Source: Pseudomonadota bacterium
GTDB lineage: Bacteria; Pseudomonadota; Gammaproteobacteria; Burkholderiales; JBEEJL01
Direction: 5' to 3'
Assembly (NCBI GenBank): GCA_043744215.1
Contig: JAYTVC010000050.1
Location: forward strand, 94 to 64,093
Length of the DNA: 64,000 bases
The notes under the pieces are model-generated. The model was given only the letters and a program-made list of their open reading frames with translations, was not told where the DNA came from and ran no database searches. The translations under genes were made by a program, and so were the position numbers. Of the stretch, positions 48,702-58,830 are shown one piece after another. The stretch's first letter is position 1; each line of letters opens with the position of its first letter.

Positions 48702-50261
48702 CTCGAAGCGCAGGGTTTGCTGCTGCAATTTGGTGGCGCGCACGCGGCGAGAGCGTTTGCCGTCGTTAATCGTAAACTCGCCCGCTTCGGCATACATGCC
48801 CGGCGGTGTCACCAGAGATTCGGATTGCTGTAAGGCGGGGATGGCAGGCAACAGCATCGCTCCTTGCGTTTTGCCGTGAATATCAATGGCCGAAGCGAGA
48901 GATACAGCGTCGGCTTTCGGAGCCAGCATTTGAATGCCGAACTCCATGCTTTCATCATCATCGTCAGACTGCACCCATCGCACGCTGCCCACCGATACGC
49001 CCAACGATTGGCCGCCGAAAGACGATTGGCGCACACCAACGATTTCACCGACGCCGAGGTCCGGCGTGTTGGTGCCATCGCGGCGCAATTTCAAACCGCC
49101 CGCACTCTGGTTGATCAAGTCGCATTCGTAAAAGGTGAACGTCTCCCAACTGCTGGACAATTGCAGCGCCGCCATTTTCATCGTATCCAGCAGCGATTCG
49201 TTCGATGCAGGCAAGGCATCGCGCACCTTGGTTTCGGCACCGACAAAATAATGAGTGGCTTTGAGTCCGAAACAAATTTGCACCGAGGCCTGCGTTGCCG
49301 AGCGGCGGAAAATACGCTTGGGCGGTGCGCTCCATAATTGCGACAGGCGACGCAGGTGTCCGGAGTCGCGCGGCCTGACCACGCCGCTGCGCGTGGCCAA
49401 ATCAGCCTGAGCAGCAAGCTGGTCAATGCGCTGTACCAGGCCGAAAGTTTGCAGCACCAGATCATGGGTGCGGTCGCGTTCAGCTTGTTGCAGGGCGACG
49501 GGCCTGGGCGGCATATCACTTAAAGAGTTAACGGAAAACAATCCTGGCATCGCCGCATCGGGGACATAATTTTGCAACACGAGGTGAGTGGCGTTGTCAT
49601 GCACGACGCGTTGCACAGAGTCTTGCGCATCGTGCACCAGATGGTAAGGGTCGGCCAATGCCAGCAGCAAAGCCTTTTTGTAAACCAGATGGGGGGTGTC
49701 GGAATTACTGTCTGGCGGCGTATCAAGCAAACCTTCTTGCGACGCATGGCGGTAGAGCTGGTGGATTTCATACCACACGCCTGCCGGCGTCGGGTTGTAA
49801 GAGCGATAACTGGTAGTGAGAATTTCGCTCAATATGAATATCGCCCTGCCGATGGGTAAGGCCGCAGAGGAGCGTTTGGCGCTGAACAGACCGCCCTTGA
49901 CGCTTTTATCAAGCAAAGCAAGCTTGTATGCGTAGCTGGTTTCGATTAGCATTTCACGCGCCAGCGCAGCCGCTTCGCGCGCCTTGGCAGGCAGGGGCAG
50001 GGAGGCACCGGTAAACTCGTGGCCCAATTCCTCCAGCAGCGTTTTAATGCTGGGGTAATAAATTTCGATCAGGCGCAAGCGGTCTTCGTCTGACAGGCGC
50101 GAACGATTGAGTTCCGTCAATGCGCGGTTGATGGATCGGGTGGATTCAAACACCTGAGTCAACGGCAGGGTTTCTACCCAGGCTTGCACTTGCTTGGGCC
50201 GCACCTCAGGTGTGGCACTGGCGGAAGGGTCGGTGGCGGGTACGGAAAGTCTTAGCGTCAT
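48678..50261 (-). CDS. Hypothetical 527-aa protein with a possible atypical C-terminal PilZ-like domain
   Basis: RIFRR (RxxxR) and a downstream LINQSAGG (N-x-S-x-x-G) resemble PilZ c-di-GMP motifs but with unusually long spacing. The N-terminal ~350 aa are unrecognised. Confidence 0.45.
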   Translation of the reverse strand: MTLRLSVPATDPSASATPEVRPKQVQAWVETLPLTQVFESTRSINRALTELNRSRLSDEDRLRLIEIYYPSIKTLLEELGHEFTGASLPLPAKAREAAALAREMLIETSYAYKLALLDKSVKGGLFSAKRSSAALPIGRAIFILSEILTTSYRSYNPTPAGVWYEIHQLYRHASQEGLLDTPPDSNSDTPHLVYKKALLLALADPYHLVHDAQDSVQRVVHDNATHLVLQNYVPDAAMPGLFSVNSLSDMPPRPVALQQAERDRTHDLVLQTFGLVQRIDQLAAQADLATRSGVVRPRDSGHLRRLSQLWSAPPKRIFRRSATQASVQICFGLKATHYFVGAETKVRDALPASNESLLDTMKMAALQLSSSWETFTFYECDLINQSAGGLKLRRDGTNTPDLGVGEIVGVRQSSFGGQSLGVSVGSVRWVQSDDDDESMEFGIQMLAPKADAVSLASAIDIHGKTQGAMLLPAIPALQQSESLVTPPGMYAEAGEFTINDGKRSRRVRATKLQQQTLRFELFEFVDV

Positions 50262-50461
50262 GGGTGGCAGGATGCTTAGTGTTATAAAGGCGGGAAGAAA
50301 TCTTCGTGTATTAAACGGTTAGAAATGCCCGGTACATCATAATACGAAATGAAAAGTTTACCCTTATAGTTCAAAATGCCCTATGGAATGGTACACAATC
50401 GTGGCAATTGTTGACAATCGGCCGCTCGGGCGGCCTTTGAATCGGAGATGAAGAGGTGGTG

Positions 50462-50923
50462 ATGAAAAAATGGATGCTGATGTTTTTGATGGCCTTGTTC
50501 GTAGGGCAGGCTCCGGCTTTCGAGCTCATGGACGTGCAGGGGAAAAAACTTGATTTGCCGCTCTACAAAGGGCGCTGGGTCGCGGTGAATTTCTGGGCTC
50601 CCTGGTGCGCGCCGTGCCTAGAAGAAATTCCCGACTTGAGCGCGCTCTATGAATCGCGCAAGAAAAAAGATCTGGTGATTTTGGGCGTAGCCATGTATTA
50701 CAAAGACGCACGCCAGGCCATGGATTTTGCGCAGGTCCACAAAATGACCTATCCATTGGTCTTGGGCATGGAAGCGGGGCAGGGTGAGCGTGAGTTTGGC
50801 AGCATGGATTCCATGCCGGTCACGCTGTTGTATAACCCTGAAGGAAAGATGGTGCATCGGCGTCGCGGGCTGATTCGCGGCGAAGAACTGATCAAACTGA
50901 TTGAAACCGGTTCGCTCGATTAG
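50462..50923 (+). CDS. TlpA/ResA-family periplasmic thiol:disulfide oxidoreductase
   Basis: Signal peptide and thioredoxin motif WAPWCAPC. ATG at 50462 is preceded by GAGGTGG. Confidence 0.85.
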   Translation: MKKWMLMFLMALFVGQAPAFELMDVQGKKLDLPLYKGRWVAVNFWAPWCAPCLEEIPDLSALYESRKKKDLVILGVAMYYKDARQAMDFAQVHKMTYPLVLGMEAGQGEREFGSMDSMPVTLLYNPEGKMVHRRRGLIRGEELIKLIETGSLD

Positions 50924-50928
50924 GTTTT

Positions 50929-51570
50929 TTACCCCGGACTTTTTTCGCCTGCCAGCGCGGTGCGTGCAAGCGGCGCATCCCACACGCGCTTCCAGGCGGC
51001 CAGCACCATGTTCGGATACTCTGGCCGGCCCAGGCTGCCGTTATAGCGGCCCAGTGCGCGGAACAGGTTGCCGTTCTCGATGTCTAGATAATGCCGCATG
51101 ATGGTGCAACCAAAACGCAGGTTCGTGCGCAGATTGAACAAACTCATATCGGGCGTGCCGATGTCTTTCACCCAGAACGGCATCACCTGCATATAGCCGC
51201 GCGCACTCGCGCTTGAAACGGCGTATTTACGAAAGCCGCTCTCCACCTGAATTAAACCCAATACCATTTGCGGGTCCAAACCGGCGCGCTTGGCTTCGTA
51301 ATGCACCGTGCGCAAAAAATCATCGCGTTCCGATTTCACCGGAAATTGCCTCAGCAATCGTATGCCCATGGTGTCGAGCCAAAGGCGTTCTTCCGTGGCA
51401 GATTCAAACGCACTTTTTTTCACGCCCTGGTCGCTCACCGCGCGGGAAAGGTTCGCCCGCACCGTGGCCGACAACATTTCCTGCGTTTGCTTTCCCGCAT
51501 AGGCAAAAGGCGCGGAAGCGGCAAGCGCGAAAATTACTAAGCATTTGATTATATTGAATATTTTGTGCAT
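50929..51570 (-). CDS. Lytic transglycosylase (SLT domain)
   Basis: Signal peptide and catalytic region GLIQVESGFRKYAVSSASARGYMQVMP. Confidence 0.85.
   Translation of the reverse strand: MHKIFNIIKCLVIFALAASAPFAYAGKQTQEMLSATVRANLSRAVSDQGVKKSAFESATEERLWLDTMGIRLLRQFPVKSERDDFLRTVHYEAKRAGLDPQMVLGLIQVESGFRKYAVSSASARGYMQVMPFWVKDIGTPDMSLFNLRTNLRFGCTIMRHYLDIENGNLFRALGRYNGSLGRPEYPNMVLAAWKRVWDAPLARTALAGEKSPG
51537..51564 (+). repeat. 28-bp IHF-core element, copy 9, inside the first codons of the SLT gene
   Basis: CTAAGCATTTGATTATATTGAATATTTT. Its reverse strand encodes KIFNIIKCL. Confidence 0.7.
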
Positions 51571-51579
51571 CACAAACTT

Positions 51580-53289
51580 TTATTGATGGGCCAATTTTGA
51601 TTGTAGATGACTCACAGCATTTTGCAGTGAGACAGTTAACATTTTTCCTTCGCGGCGCGATTGGTACTCCACTTCGTTCTTTTCCAGGCCGCGCTCGCCG
51701 ACGACCAGGCGATGGGGAATGCCCATCAGTTCATGATCCGCAAACATCACGCCGGGGCGCTCGTCCCTATCATCGAGCAGTACGTCTATGCCGGCAATAC
51801 GCAGTTCACTGTAAATTTTTTCTACGGCCTCTTTGACTGCCGCGCTTTTTTTCATACCGATAGCGAGCAGGCTGACTTGAAATGGCGCCATCGCTTGCGG
51901 CCAGATGATGCCGCGTTCGTCGTGGTTTTGTTCGATGGCGGCGGCGACAATGCGCGACACGCCAATGCCGTAGCAACCCATTTCCGTCACTTGTGTCTTG
52001 CCGCCTTCGTCGAGGAAAGTCACCTTCATCGCTTCGGAATATTTTGTGCGCAGTTGGAAAATATGCCCGACTTCGACGCCGCGACAGAGTTCCAGCGTGC
52101 CTTTGCCATCGGGCGATGCGTCGCCGCTGACTACGTTGCGGATGTCGGCAATCTGTGACGGCTCCGGCAAATCACGGCCGAAATTCACGCCGGTTAAATG
52201 GAAGCCTTCGTCATTCGCGCCGCAGACAAAGTCGCTCATGGCCGCGACCGTGCGGTCGGCGATGATCGGCAATTTCAAACCGACCGGGCCGAGATAACCA
52301 GGCGCAGTGTTCAGCGCTGCGCGGATTTCCACTTCGGTCGCCAGACGGAATCCATCCGAAAATAATTTAGCCGCCTTGATTTCGTTCAGTTGATGGTCGC
52401 CGCGAATCAACAACATCGAAAGCTGATTGTCGCCGCCCATCACGACCAAAGCCTTCACCGTTTGTTGCAACGGTAGTTTGAGAAATTCGCTCACGTCTTC
52501 GCAGGTTTTTTTATTCGGCGTCGCTATTTTTTGCAGCGTTTGTGTTGCCGCCGCGCGCGGATTTTTCGGCATCACGCCTTCGGCTAATTCCACGTTCGCC
52601 GCATAATCAGAAGTCGGGCAATACGCAATCGCGTCCTCGCCTGAATCGGCCAGCACATGAAACTCGTGTGAACCCGAACCGCCAATCGCGCCCGTGTCCG
52701 CCGCGACAGGTCGGAATTTCAAACCGAGGCGGGTGAAAATGCGCGAATACGCGCTGTGCATATCATGGTAAGTTTTTTCCAGCGACGCATAATCAGCGTG
52801 GAATGAATACGCGTCTTTCATCATAAACTCGCGCGCGCGCATCACGCCAAAACGCGGGCGGATTTCGTCGCGAAATTTCATTTGAATCTGGTAAAAATTC
52901 AGCGGCAACTGACGATAGCTTTTGATCTCGCGCCGCGCGATATCGCTGATCACTTCTTCATGCGTCGGCCCGTAACAAAAATCGCGCTCGTGCCTATCCT
53001 TGATGCGTAACATCTGCGGGCCGAACGCAGCCCAACGCCCGCTCTCCTGCCACAACTCGGCTGGCTGAATCGTCGGCATCAATAATTCCACCGCGCCCGC
53101 CGCGTCCATTTCCTCGCGCACAATATTTTCCACCTTGCGCAACACGCGCAAGCCAAGCGGCATCCACGTATAAAGCCCGCTACCGAGTTTTTTGATCAGC
53201 CCAGCGCGCAACATAAGCTTATGGCTGATCAATTCCGCCTCGGTTGGCGCTTCTTTGAGCGTGGAAATAAAAAATTGCGAAACGCGCAT
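51580..53289 (-). CDS. proS: Proline--tRNA ligase
   Basis: 569 aa, bacterial-type ProRS with an editing-domain insertion. Confidence 0.95.
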   Translation of the reverse strand: MRVSQFFISTLKEAPTEAELISHKLMLRAGLIKKLGSGLYTWMPLGLRVLRKVENIVREEMDAAGAVELLMPTIQPAELWQESGRWAAFGPQMLRIKDRHERDFCYGPTHEEVISDIARREIKSYRQLPLNFYQIQMKFRDEIRPRFGVMRAREFMMKDAYSFHADYASLEKTYHDMHSAYSRIFTRLGLKFRPVAADTGAIGGSGSHEFHVLADSGEDAIAYCPTSDYAANVELAEGVMPKNPRAAATQTLQKIATPNKKTCEDVSEFLKLPLQQTVKALVVMGGDNQLSMLLIRGDHQLNEIKAAKLFSDGFRLATEVEIRAALNTAPGYLGPVGLKLPIIADRTVAAMSDFVCGANDEGFHLTGVNFGRDLPEPSQIADIRNVVSGDASPDGKGTLELCRGVEVGHIFQLRTKYSEAMKVTFLDEGGKTQVTEMGCYGIGVSRIVAAAIEQNHDERGIIWPQAMAPFQVSLLAIGMKKSAAVKEAVEKIYSELRIAGIDVLLDDRDERPGVMFADHELMGIPHRLVVGERGLEKNEVEYQSRREGKMLTVSLQNAVSHLQSKLAHQ

Positions 53290-53408
53290 GACAAATTCCA
53301 GAAAAACGAAAGCGCCATTTTACATCGGCGGCTGGTGAAACCCTAATTCATCATCGGTGGTTGCAACCGCTAAACGGTTTAGTGCCTGACCTGACAAGGT
53401 ATGCTTAC

Positions 53409-53438
53409 TTGACATACTATAAATAGTATATACATAAT
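53409..53438 (+). promoter_or_regulatory. Putative higBA-like promoter with palindromic operator
   Basis: TTGACA (53409-53414), CATAAT (53433-53438), and the palindrome ATACTAT-AA-ATAGTAT (53414-53429) in the spacer. No Shine-Dalgarno before ATG 53444, so the mRNA may be leaderless. Confidence 0.45.
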
Positions 53439-53443
53439 ATGAC

Positions 53444-53728
53444 ATGTGGCAAATCTATGAGCACCGGCGTGTGGACAAGCAGCTTTCAGGCTCTGTACCT
53501 ATCGAGATTCTCAAGCGTTACGAAAAATGGAAAGACATCGCCAGGCTTTCCGGGCCGCAAGGTTTACGCGCTATCAAAGGGTTTCACGACGAAGCGCTTT
53601 TGGGCGAGTGGAAGGGCCATCGTTCTTCCCGCCTCGGGCTTCAATGGAGGGTGATTTGCCGGGTTGTAGCCAACGTGCTGCATATCGAGGTTGTACATGT
53701 CACCGCCCACGATTACAGGAGGCCATAA
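53444..53728 (+). CDS. RelE/HigB-like type II toxin (mRNA interferase family)
   Basis: 94 aa with a pattern (..GFHDEALLGEWKGHRSSRL..RVI..V....VHVTAHDY) typical of the RelE superfamily. The toxin precedes an XRE antitoxin. Confidence 0.7.
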   Translation: MWQIYEHRRVDKQLSGSVPIEILKRYEKWKDIARLSGPQGLRAIKGFHDEALLGEWKGHRSSRLGLQWRVICRVVANVLHIEVVHVTAHDYRRP

Positions 53729-53729
53729 A

Positions 53730-53990
53730 ATGAAAGAGTTTCGAGTTGCAAAAAAACGAGTTGAAGTCTCGGTGGGCGAGTCGGTACGCATCCTGCGCGA
53801 ACTTCAACAACTCAGCCAAAGCCAACTTTCTGAGCTTAGCGGAATTCCGCAAGCTACCATTTCCGCCATCGAGAACGGCCGCGTAAATTTAGGCATCGAG
53901 CGTGCCAAAACTCTTGCTCTCGCCCTCAATTGCCATCCTGCCGTACTGGTATTTCCCGGCTGGGAAATACCGCTTGAGCGGGCTGCGTAG
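53730..53990 (+). CDS. XRE-family HTH antitoxin (HigA-like)
   Basis: 86 aa from the internal ATG, HTH LSQSQLSELSGIPQATISAIENGR. Starts 2 nt after the toxin stop. Confidence 0.75.
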   Translation: MKEFRVAKKRVEVSVGESVRILRELQQLSQSQLSELSGIPQATISAIENGRVNLGIERAKTLALALNCHPAVLVFPGWEIPLERAA

Positions 53991-54008
53991 TTTAATATTT
54001 CCAGCAAG

Positions 54009-54044
54009 CGTAGGTTGGGGTGAGGTACGAACCCCAACATTTTT
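54009..54044. repeat. REP-like palindromic element
   Basis: CGTAGGTTGGGG-TGAGGTACGAA-CCCCAACATTTT. A related half-element ACATTGTTGGGTTAGTGCTTCACC lies at 54116-54139. Confidence 0.55.
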
Positions 54045-54168
54045 AACGTCAATCACTATAATGTAGGCGATTGGCCGTATTCAAACATTCATTAATGCAC
54101 GAGAGGCAGTGAATGACATTGTTGGGTTAGTGCTTCACCGCAAGCTGCGCTGGCTAGAGAGTACTCAC

Positions 54169-54609
54169 ATGTTCACCTATGTCTGTCTCGGTTCTTCCGA
54201 TCTTCAGCGGTCTGCCAAATTCTATGACGCTGCGCTTGCGCCGTTAGGGTTGCGTCGGTGCGCCTCGGGTGACGAGTCCGATTGGGATGGCTGGATCGGA
54301 TGGGGAACTTATGAAGACAATGGGCGTAAGCAGATTGCGCTATGGCTATGTAAGCCCTTTAACGAGCAGCCTGCAAGTTCAGGCAATGGCACGATGATCG
54401 CGCTTGCAGCGCGCACTTGGGGTCAAGTCGATGCCTTCTATCAAGTGGCTCTTCAGTTTGGTGGCAGTGCCGAAGGTGCGCCCGGGCTTAGGCCGCAGTA
54501 TAACGACGACTTCTATGCCGCCTACGTCCGCGATCCTGACGGGAACAAACTTGCAGTGGTGTGCAGAGGATTTATAACTCGAGCACAGAGTGATGCTGTA
54601 GAAAAATAG
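54169..54609 (+). CDS. VOC (glyoxalase/bleomycin-resistance/dioxygenase) family protein
   Basis: 146 aa from the internal ATG (MFTYVCLGSSDLQRSAKFYDAAL..., ...AYVRDPDGNKLAVV). Confidence 0.75.
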   Translation: MFTYVCLGSSDLQRSAKFYDAALAPLGLRRCASGDESDWDGWIGWGTYEDNGRKQIALWLCKPFNEQPASSGNGTMIALAARTWGQVDAFYQVALQFGGSAEGAPGLRPQYNDDFYAAYVRDPDGNKLAVVCRGFITRAQSDAVEK

Positions 54610-54647
54610 GTTCAGACACTAAAAACTGAATTGTCCGCGCAAGAGAT

Positions 54648-54815
54648 CTAGAAATTTCCGATTAAACTAATGCGCAGATTACGCGGCTCAACCGGATGGA
54701 AGTGAAAGTCATCGACCGGCGTGGTTTCGATTTTGAGTTGTGAGGCGTAAAAATAATCGATGTCGCTGGCCTGGCGGTTGAATAAATTGAATACGTCGAG
54801 GCAGGCTTTCCACAT
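54648..54815 (-). pseudogene. TonB-dependent receptor, C-terminal remnant (~55 codons)
   Basis: Minus-strand translation MWKACLDVFNLFNRQASDIDYFYASQLKIETTPVDDFHFHPVEPRNLRISLIGNF* is the last beta-strands with the terminal aromatic residue of a TBDR. No upstream barrel or plug is present. Confidence 0.7.
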
Positions 54816-54895
54816 TGGTGAATTTTGGTAGTCGCCGCCACCGCTATGCTAAACGACCCGATGCGCCAACACGGCGCATCGGGCGCGCAGAATAT

Positions 54896-55465
54896 TTACA
54901 TCGCTTTATAGAATATATAGTCGGCCTGATAATTCACTATTTGCTTGCTGCCGACCACACTGGCGTTGCACGGCGCGGCGGGTGCGACACCGCCTTTGGT
55001 GGCGACGCGCTGAATGTAGGTGACGCCGGACATCGCGCCGCTGCCCATTGCGGCATTGGCTTTCACCAATTGCAGCGGGATATTTCCGGCGCTGCTCGGC
55101 GACACGGCGACTTGCGCGCCGGTGAGCTTGGAGCCGTCGTTGCTTTCCCAGGTAGCGGGCGGGCCGTAATATTTACCGATGGCTTTGCCGCTACGGTCTT
55201 GCAATGCGGCGTCGGGCCCAGCGAACACCCATTCAAATTGATCCGCCATATCTTTTTTCGCATTGCATTGATACGTGATGTTGCCCACGCCGACAGTTTC
55301 CAGCGCGACTTTATTGCCCGCCGGCACCTGCACGCTTGCGGGTAAATTGGCTTGCGAAAACATTTCGCTGGCCGACATGGTTTTCATCGGCGTCATGCTG
55401 CTGCAAGCGGCGATGCCGCTGGTTGCTACGATTATCAAGCTGGCGCGGAATAGTGATTGAGTCAT
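54896..55465 (-). CDS. DUF3455-like lipoprotein
   Basis: Internal start MTQSLFRASLIIVATSGIAACSS (lipobox). Remainder matches my recollection of DUF3455. Confidence 0.6.
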   Translation of the reverse strand: MTQSLFRASLIIVATSGIAACSSMTPMKTMSASEMFSQANLPASVQVPAGNKVALETVGVGNITYQCNAKKDMADQFEWVFAGPDAALQDRSGKAIGKYYGPPATWESNDGSKLTGAQVAVSPSSAGNIPLQLVKANAAMGSGAMSGVTYIQRVATKGGVAPAAPCNASVVGSKQIVNYQADYIFYKAM

Positions 55466-55655
55466 TTTTTTCTCCAATGTGTGTGAGGAATATTTAAGTT
55501 TATTCAAGCCAGGCATCACATGGTTCGGACATGCATGCATGCTATTTAGTTGTACGCACCGTGTGTGGGATTGGATGCAAATGCGTTACGACAAATGTTT
55601 TTTTGGTCAAATAGATAAATAAAAATATTCAATTAAATCATATGCTTATATAGTT

Positions 55656-56834
55656 TCATCGCGATGATATTTTTTGCGCATTATTTGCCGCCAGTGTTTT
55701 GGTCAGATCAACATCCTGTAATTTATTTTGCGCCAGCCATTCGCGCACTTGTTCAATAGTTTTCGTATCTTTCGCGGCGATGGCCGCTTCGAGCAGGATG
55801 CGTAAGTCAGCCGGTTCTTTTTGTTCGCGCCAATTTTCTTGCGCGAGTTGCAGCGCGGCGCTTGCGTCGTTGAGCAAATGTAAATTGAAGCGCGCGTGTT
55901 CGCGTTGATGCGTGCGGTCGCCGCGCAAGGTTGCAGAGGCGAAACGCTGTTGCAAAATGGCAATATGTTGTTTGGCTTGCGCATCGCCCGCTTGCTGTAA
56001 AGCTTCGGCGTAACGCAACAGCAAACCATCAGCACGGGTTTTATCTTTTAACAAAATGATGACTTCAGCTTCACGTTTTTGCGCCAGCAAAAAATCCGCA
56101 TAAGCGGCGAGCAGATAACTATCGTCTGCATCGCTTTGTAACGCTGCGCGAAAATGTTTTTCCGCTTCTTTCGTTTTCCCCAGGCGCTCCGCCATTTCCG
56201 CCAGTTGTGTCTGCACCCAGCCATTTAATTCCGGCTCGGCTTTAATGTAAGTTTCGTAGGCTTCGGTCAGTTGCTGATAGCTCGGCTGCGCGTAGCCGCT
56301 GACGCTGCCGATACCTGTCATGCACATATGCGCAATCAGCGGCGAAGTCATGCGCGTTAACGCCTGGCAGGATTTCATCGCCTCCGCATAACGGCCTTGC
56401 ACTTGCAAAATCGATGCACGCGTCAGCCATGCCTGCGGCTGGGCTTTGTCCATTTTAATGACGTCATTTAATTCCGTCAGCGCGGCGTCAAACTGATGTG
56501 TGCTTTGCGCCAGCGTAGCGCGCAGGATGCGTATTTCGATCGGCGCATCGACGCGCTTCCACCAAGGCGCGAGTGCCGCTTGCGCGTAACCGGCGTAACG
56601 CGGATCGGATTCCTTGCGGCCTGTTTCGATATACAGTCGCGCGGTTTTTAGCGCGAGGCCCAGGTCGTCGGGGTTTTGCGCAAGCGCAGATTTTAATAAG
56701 CGCAGTTGATTGTCGCTCGCGCTGTTTTTCGTCGGCAGTTGTTGCAGGATTTGTGTGTCCGACGCCGGAATAAAAGGTGCTGCAGAAAGTGGCAGTGCAA
56801 TGGCGAATAGGGAAAGCAGGGAAAAAATTTTCAT
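55656..56834 (-). CDS. Secreted tetratricopeptide-repeat protein
   Basis: 392 aa with a signal peptide and repeated A/Y/L-rich TPR-like helices. Last gene of the DUF4331 operon. Confidence 0.7.
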   Translation of the reverse strand: MKIFSLLSLFAIALPLSAAPFIPASDTQILQQLPTKNSASDNQLRLLKSALAQNPDDLGLALKTARLYIETGRKESDPRYAGYAQAALAPWWKRVDAPIEIRILRATLAQSTHQFDAALTELNDVIKMDKAQPQAWLTRASILQVQGRYAEAMKSCQALTRMTSPLIAHMCMTGIGSVSGYAQPSYQQLTEAYETYIKAEPELNGWVQTQLAEMAERLGKTKEAEKHFRAALQSDADDSYLLAAYADFLLAQKREAEVIILLKDKTRADGLLLRYAEALQQAGDAQAKQHIAILQQRFASATLRGDRTHQREHARFNLHLLNDASAALQLAQENWREQKEPADLRILLEAAIAAKDTKTIEQVREWLAQNKLQDVDLTKTLAANNAQKISSR

Positions 56835-56917
56835 GATCTTTCTCTCGGCACAATAGCAACCTGCAACTGGCTGACAAACTATTTTCGTTTGCCAGCCAGC
56901 GCCGATTGCACGGCAGT

Positions 56918-57136
56918 TTAACTAAGCGGTGAAGGCTCGGTATCTTCAGGTTGCGTCGCGACCATGCCGCTGATATCGAGCGATTCAGCTGCATCGCTTT
57001 CGACCTTGGCTACGTCACTGACCTGATTGATAAAAGCATCACCTGTTGCAATGGGCGTAACAGTCGTGCTGCCGCCGCCACACGCGCTCAATACCGCGCT
57101 TATACATAACATATTGATTATATTGAAGTATTTCAT
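56918..57136 (-). CDS. Small acidic lipoprotein
   Basis: Start MKYFNIINMLCISAVLSACGG (lipobox LSAC), 72 aa. Confidence 0.6.
   Translation of the reverse strand: MKYFNIINMLCISAVLSACGGGSTTVTPIATGDAFINQVSDVAKVESDAAESLDISGMVATQPEDTEPSPLS
57106..57133 (+). repeat. 28-bp IHF-core element, copy 10, inside the first codons of the lipoprotein gene
   Basis: ATAACATATTGATTATATTGAAGTATTT. Its reverse strand encodes KYFNIINML. Confidence 0.7.
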
Positions 57137-57144
57137 AATCGGCC

Positions 57145-58659
57145 TCACTGAGTAGCAGCCGGCGTGCCGTTGGGCGAGCCGGGTATCGGTGTTTTGATAT
57201 AAGGAAATGCGGCGTCAAAGAAACTGTCATCGACAAACGCGCCGTCGGTAAAACGTATGCCGCCCGATGGAGCATCAGCCGGAGCGCAGCCCAGATTGAT
57301 GGTGCACAATAATCCCATCGCGACACGCAGTTCGATATCCACCACGTCATCGCCGGGACGGCGACCGTTCGGGAAACCTGCAGCATCACCAGCGACGACA
57401 CCGAGGCGTTTTTGCGAACCTTTAGCCACCGGCGCAATGCCGGTATTCAGGCGTAACATTTCCGAAGGTGTGACTTTGGCTTGTTGATTCAAGCCCGGCA
57501 CGCCGGTCAAAAATGCCGCGACTAAATCATTACGCGGAAAATTCGTCGGTGCTTTTACGCCTGCTGCACCAAACAAAATTTCCACCAGCGCAGGCAATGT
57601 CGGGTTGGTGACATAGTCGGCGAACTGCGCATCGTTTTCAGGTTTGCTGTGGTTGAATTTGTCTTTATCTTTAAGACCGATCACGACTTCATTCACCAAC
57701 GGCGCACCAAGACGCGACACTTGCACCCACGGCCCGCCTTCTTTGCTGGCGCTTAAACCTTTAGGCGTTGGGTCGAGCAAACGCCCTTGCCGCAGGCTCG
57801 CCGTAGTCCACGCGCCGACGACAGGATCAGCACCGCGCGTTAAACAACTAATCGGCACTTCCATAATCAAGCTAGTGACATTGGCGTCCGCCAGATCGTC
57901 TTTCTCCAGTTTTTCCGCGTTGGCATTAAATTCCACCGCTGGCGCGGCGATGTTGACCAAGTCGAAAGTTTCGCCCAGGTTCACTACGAACGGATCTTTG
58001 CGCTGGCCGACAAACACGCGTCCATCGCCGCATTGCGGAATCGCGACGTTGTACACATGTTGCGCCGCGTAAGCCGGATAATCGGCGATGGTTTTATTGC
58101 CGATGTTATCCACCGGCTTATCAAACGTGCCAGAGCCATTGGCTTTATTGGTGATCGCCGTGCGCGTGCCGCTGCGACGATTACCACGCATGACATCGAC
58201 CGTGAAAGTCTCGCGCACGTTAAGTGTCGCCGGGTTGACGCCGCTGATTGCGCCAGCCTGCGTCAGCGGGATGGAAATATTTTTTCCGCCGACTGGCAGG
58301 GTAATATCTTTCAAAGTATTTTTGAAACGAAATTGAAACGTCAAATCTTCTTTGGCGTCGCCGTCGTTATCGACATGGATTTCATACAGCGCGTCTGAAT
58401 CCATAGTGAAATAATTCGGCCCGCCGTAGGGCGCCTGCAGCGGCTGGTAATTCGCTACCAGCGTGACATAATCCTGACGTCCGGTTTCGTAACTGCGGAA
58501 CATATAAAAGTCGGTACCATCGACCTTGGGTTGTTTGGTAATGAACGGCGCTTCACGATGGCTTGAAGCGTGGCTGGGCGCAACCAACAGCGCGTTAGCC
58601 AGCAGCGAGAGGGCGATAAACCCGGTATTGCGTAAAATAGACTGCGTTCTGATTTGCAT
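57145..58659 (-). CDS. DUF4331 domain-containing secreted protein
   Basis: Internal start MQIRTQSIL.. with a signal peptide followed by the SSHREAPFI hallmark I associate with DUF4331. Confidence 0.75.
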   Translation of the reverse strand: MQIRTQSILRNTGFIALSLLANALLVAPSHASSHREAPFITKQPKVDGTDFYMFRSYETGRQDYVTLVANYQPLQAPYGGPNYFTMDSDALYEIHVDNDGDAKEDLTFQFRFKNTLKDITLPVGGKNISIPLTQAGAISGVNPATLNVRETFTVDVMRGNRRSGTRTAITNKANGSGTFDKPVDNIGNKTIADYPAYAAQHVYNVAIPQCGDGRVFVGQRKDPFVVNLGETFDLVNIAAPAVEFNANAEKLEKDDLADANVTSLIMEVPISCLTRGADPVVGAWTTASLRQGRLLDPTPKGLSASKEGGPWVQVSRLGAPLVNEVVIGLKDKDKFNHSKPENDAQFADYVTNPTLPALVEILFGAAGVKAPTNFPRNDLVAAFLTGVPGLNQQAKVTPSEMLRLNTGIAPVAKGSQKRLGVVAGDAAGFPNGRRPGDDVVDIELRVAMGLLCTINLGCAPADAPSGGIRFTDGAFVDDSFFDAAFPYIKTPIPGSPNGTPAATQ

Positions 58660-58830
58660 GATGCTCTCCTTGATATAAAGTTTGCAGATTGATTGCACTG
58701 CATCGAGAGATACGCACCAGAAAATAGAATGGATGCAATTAGATTAAAAATAATTTTTTAAAGCCGTTTGAAAGTTGTCAGACTTTTATTCGACTACCCC
58801 TAACTTAAGTCCAGATTTCTAAAGCAAAAA

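Noticed and set aside
53663-53686. GTTGTAGC (identical to the repeat 5' end) followed by GTGCTGCATAT inside the higB-like coding sequence
   Set aside because: It is an isolated 8-mer within a well-supported ORF, the downstream half does not match the repeat, and it is consistent with chance.
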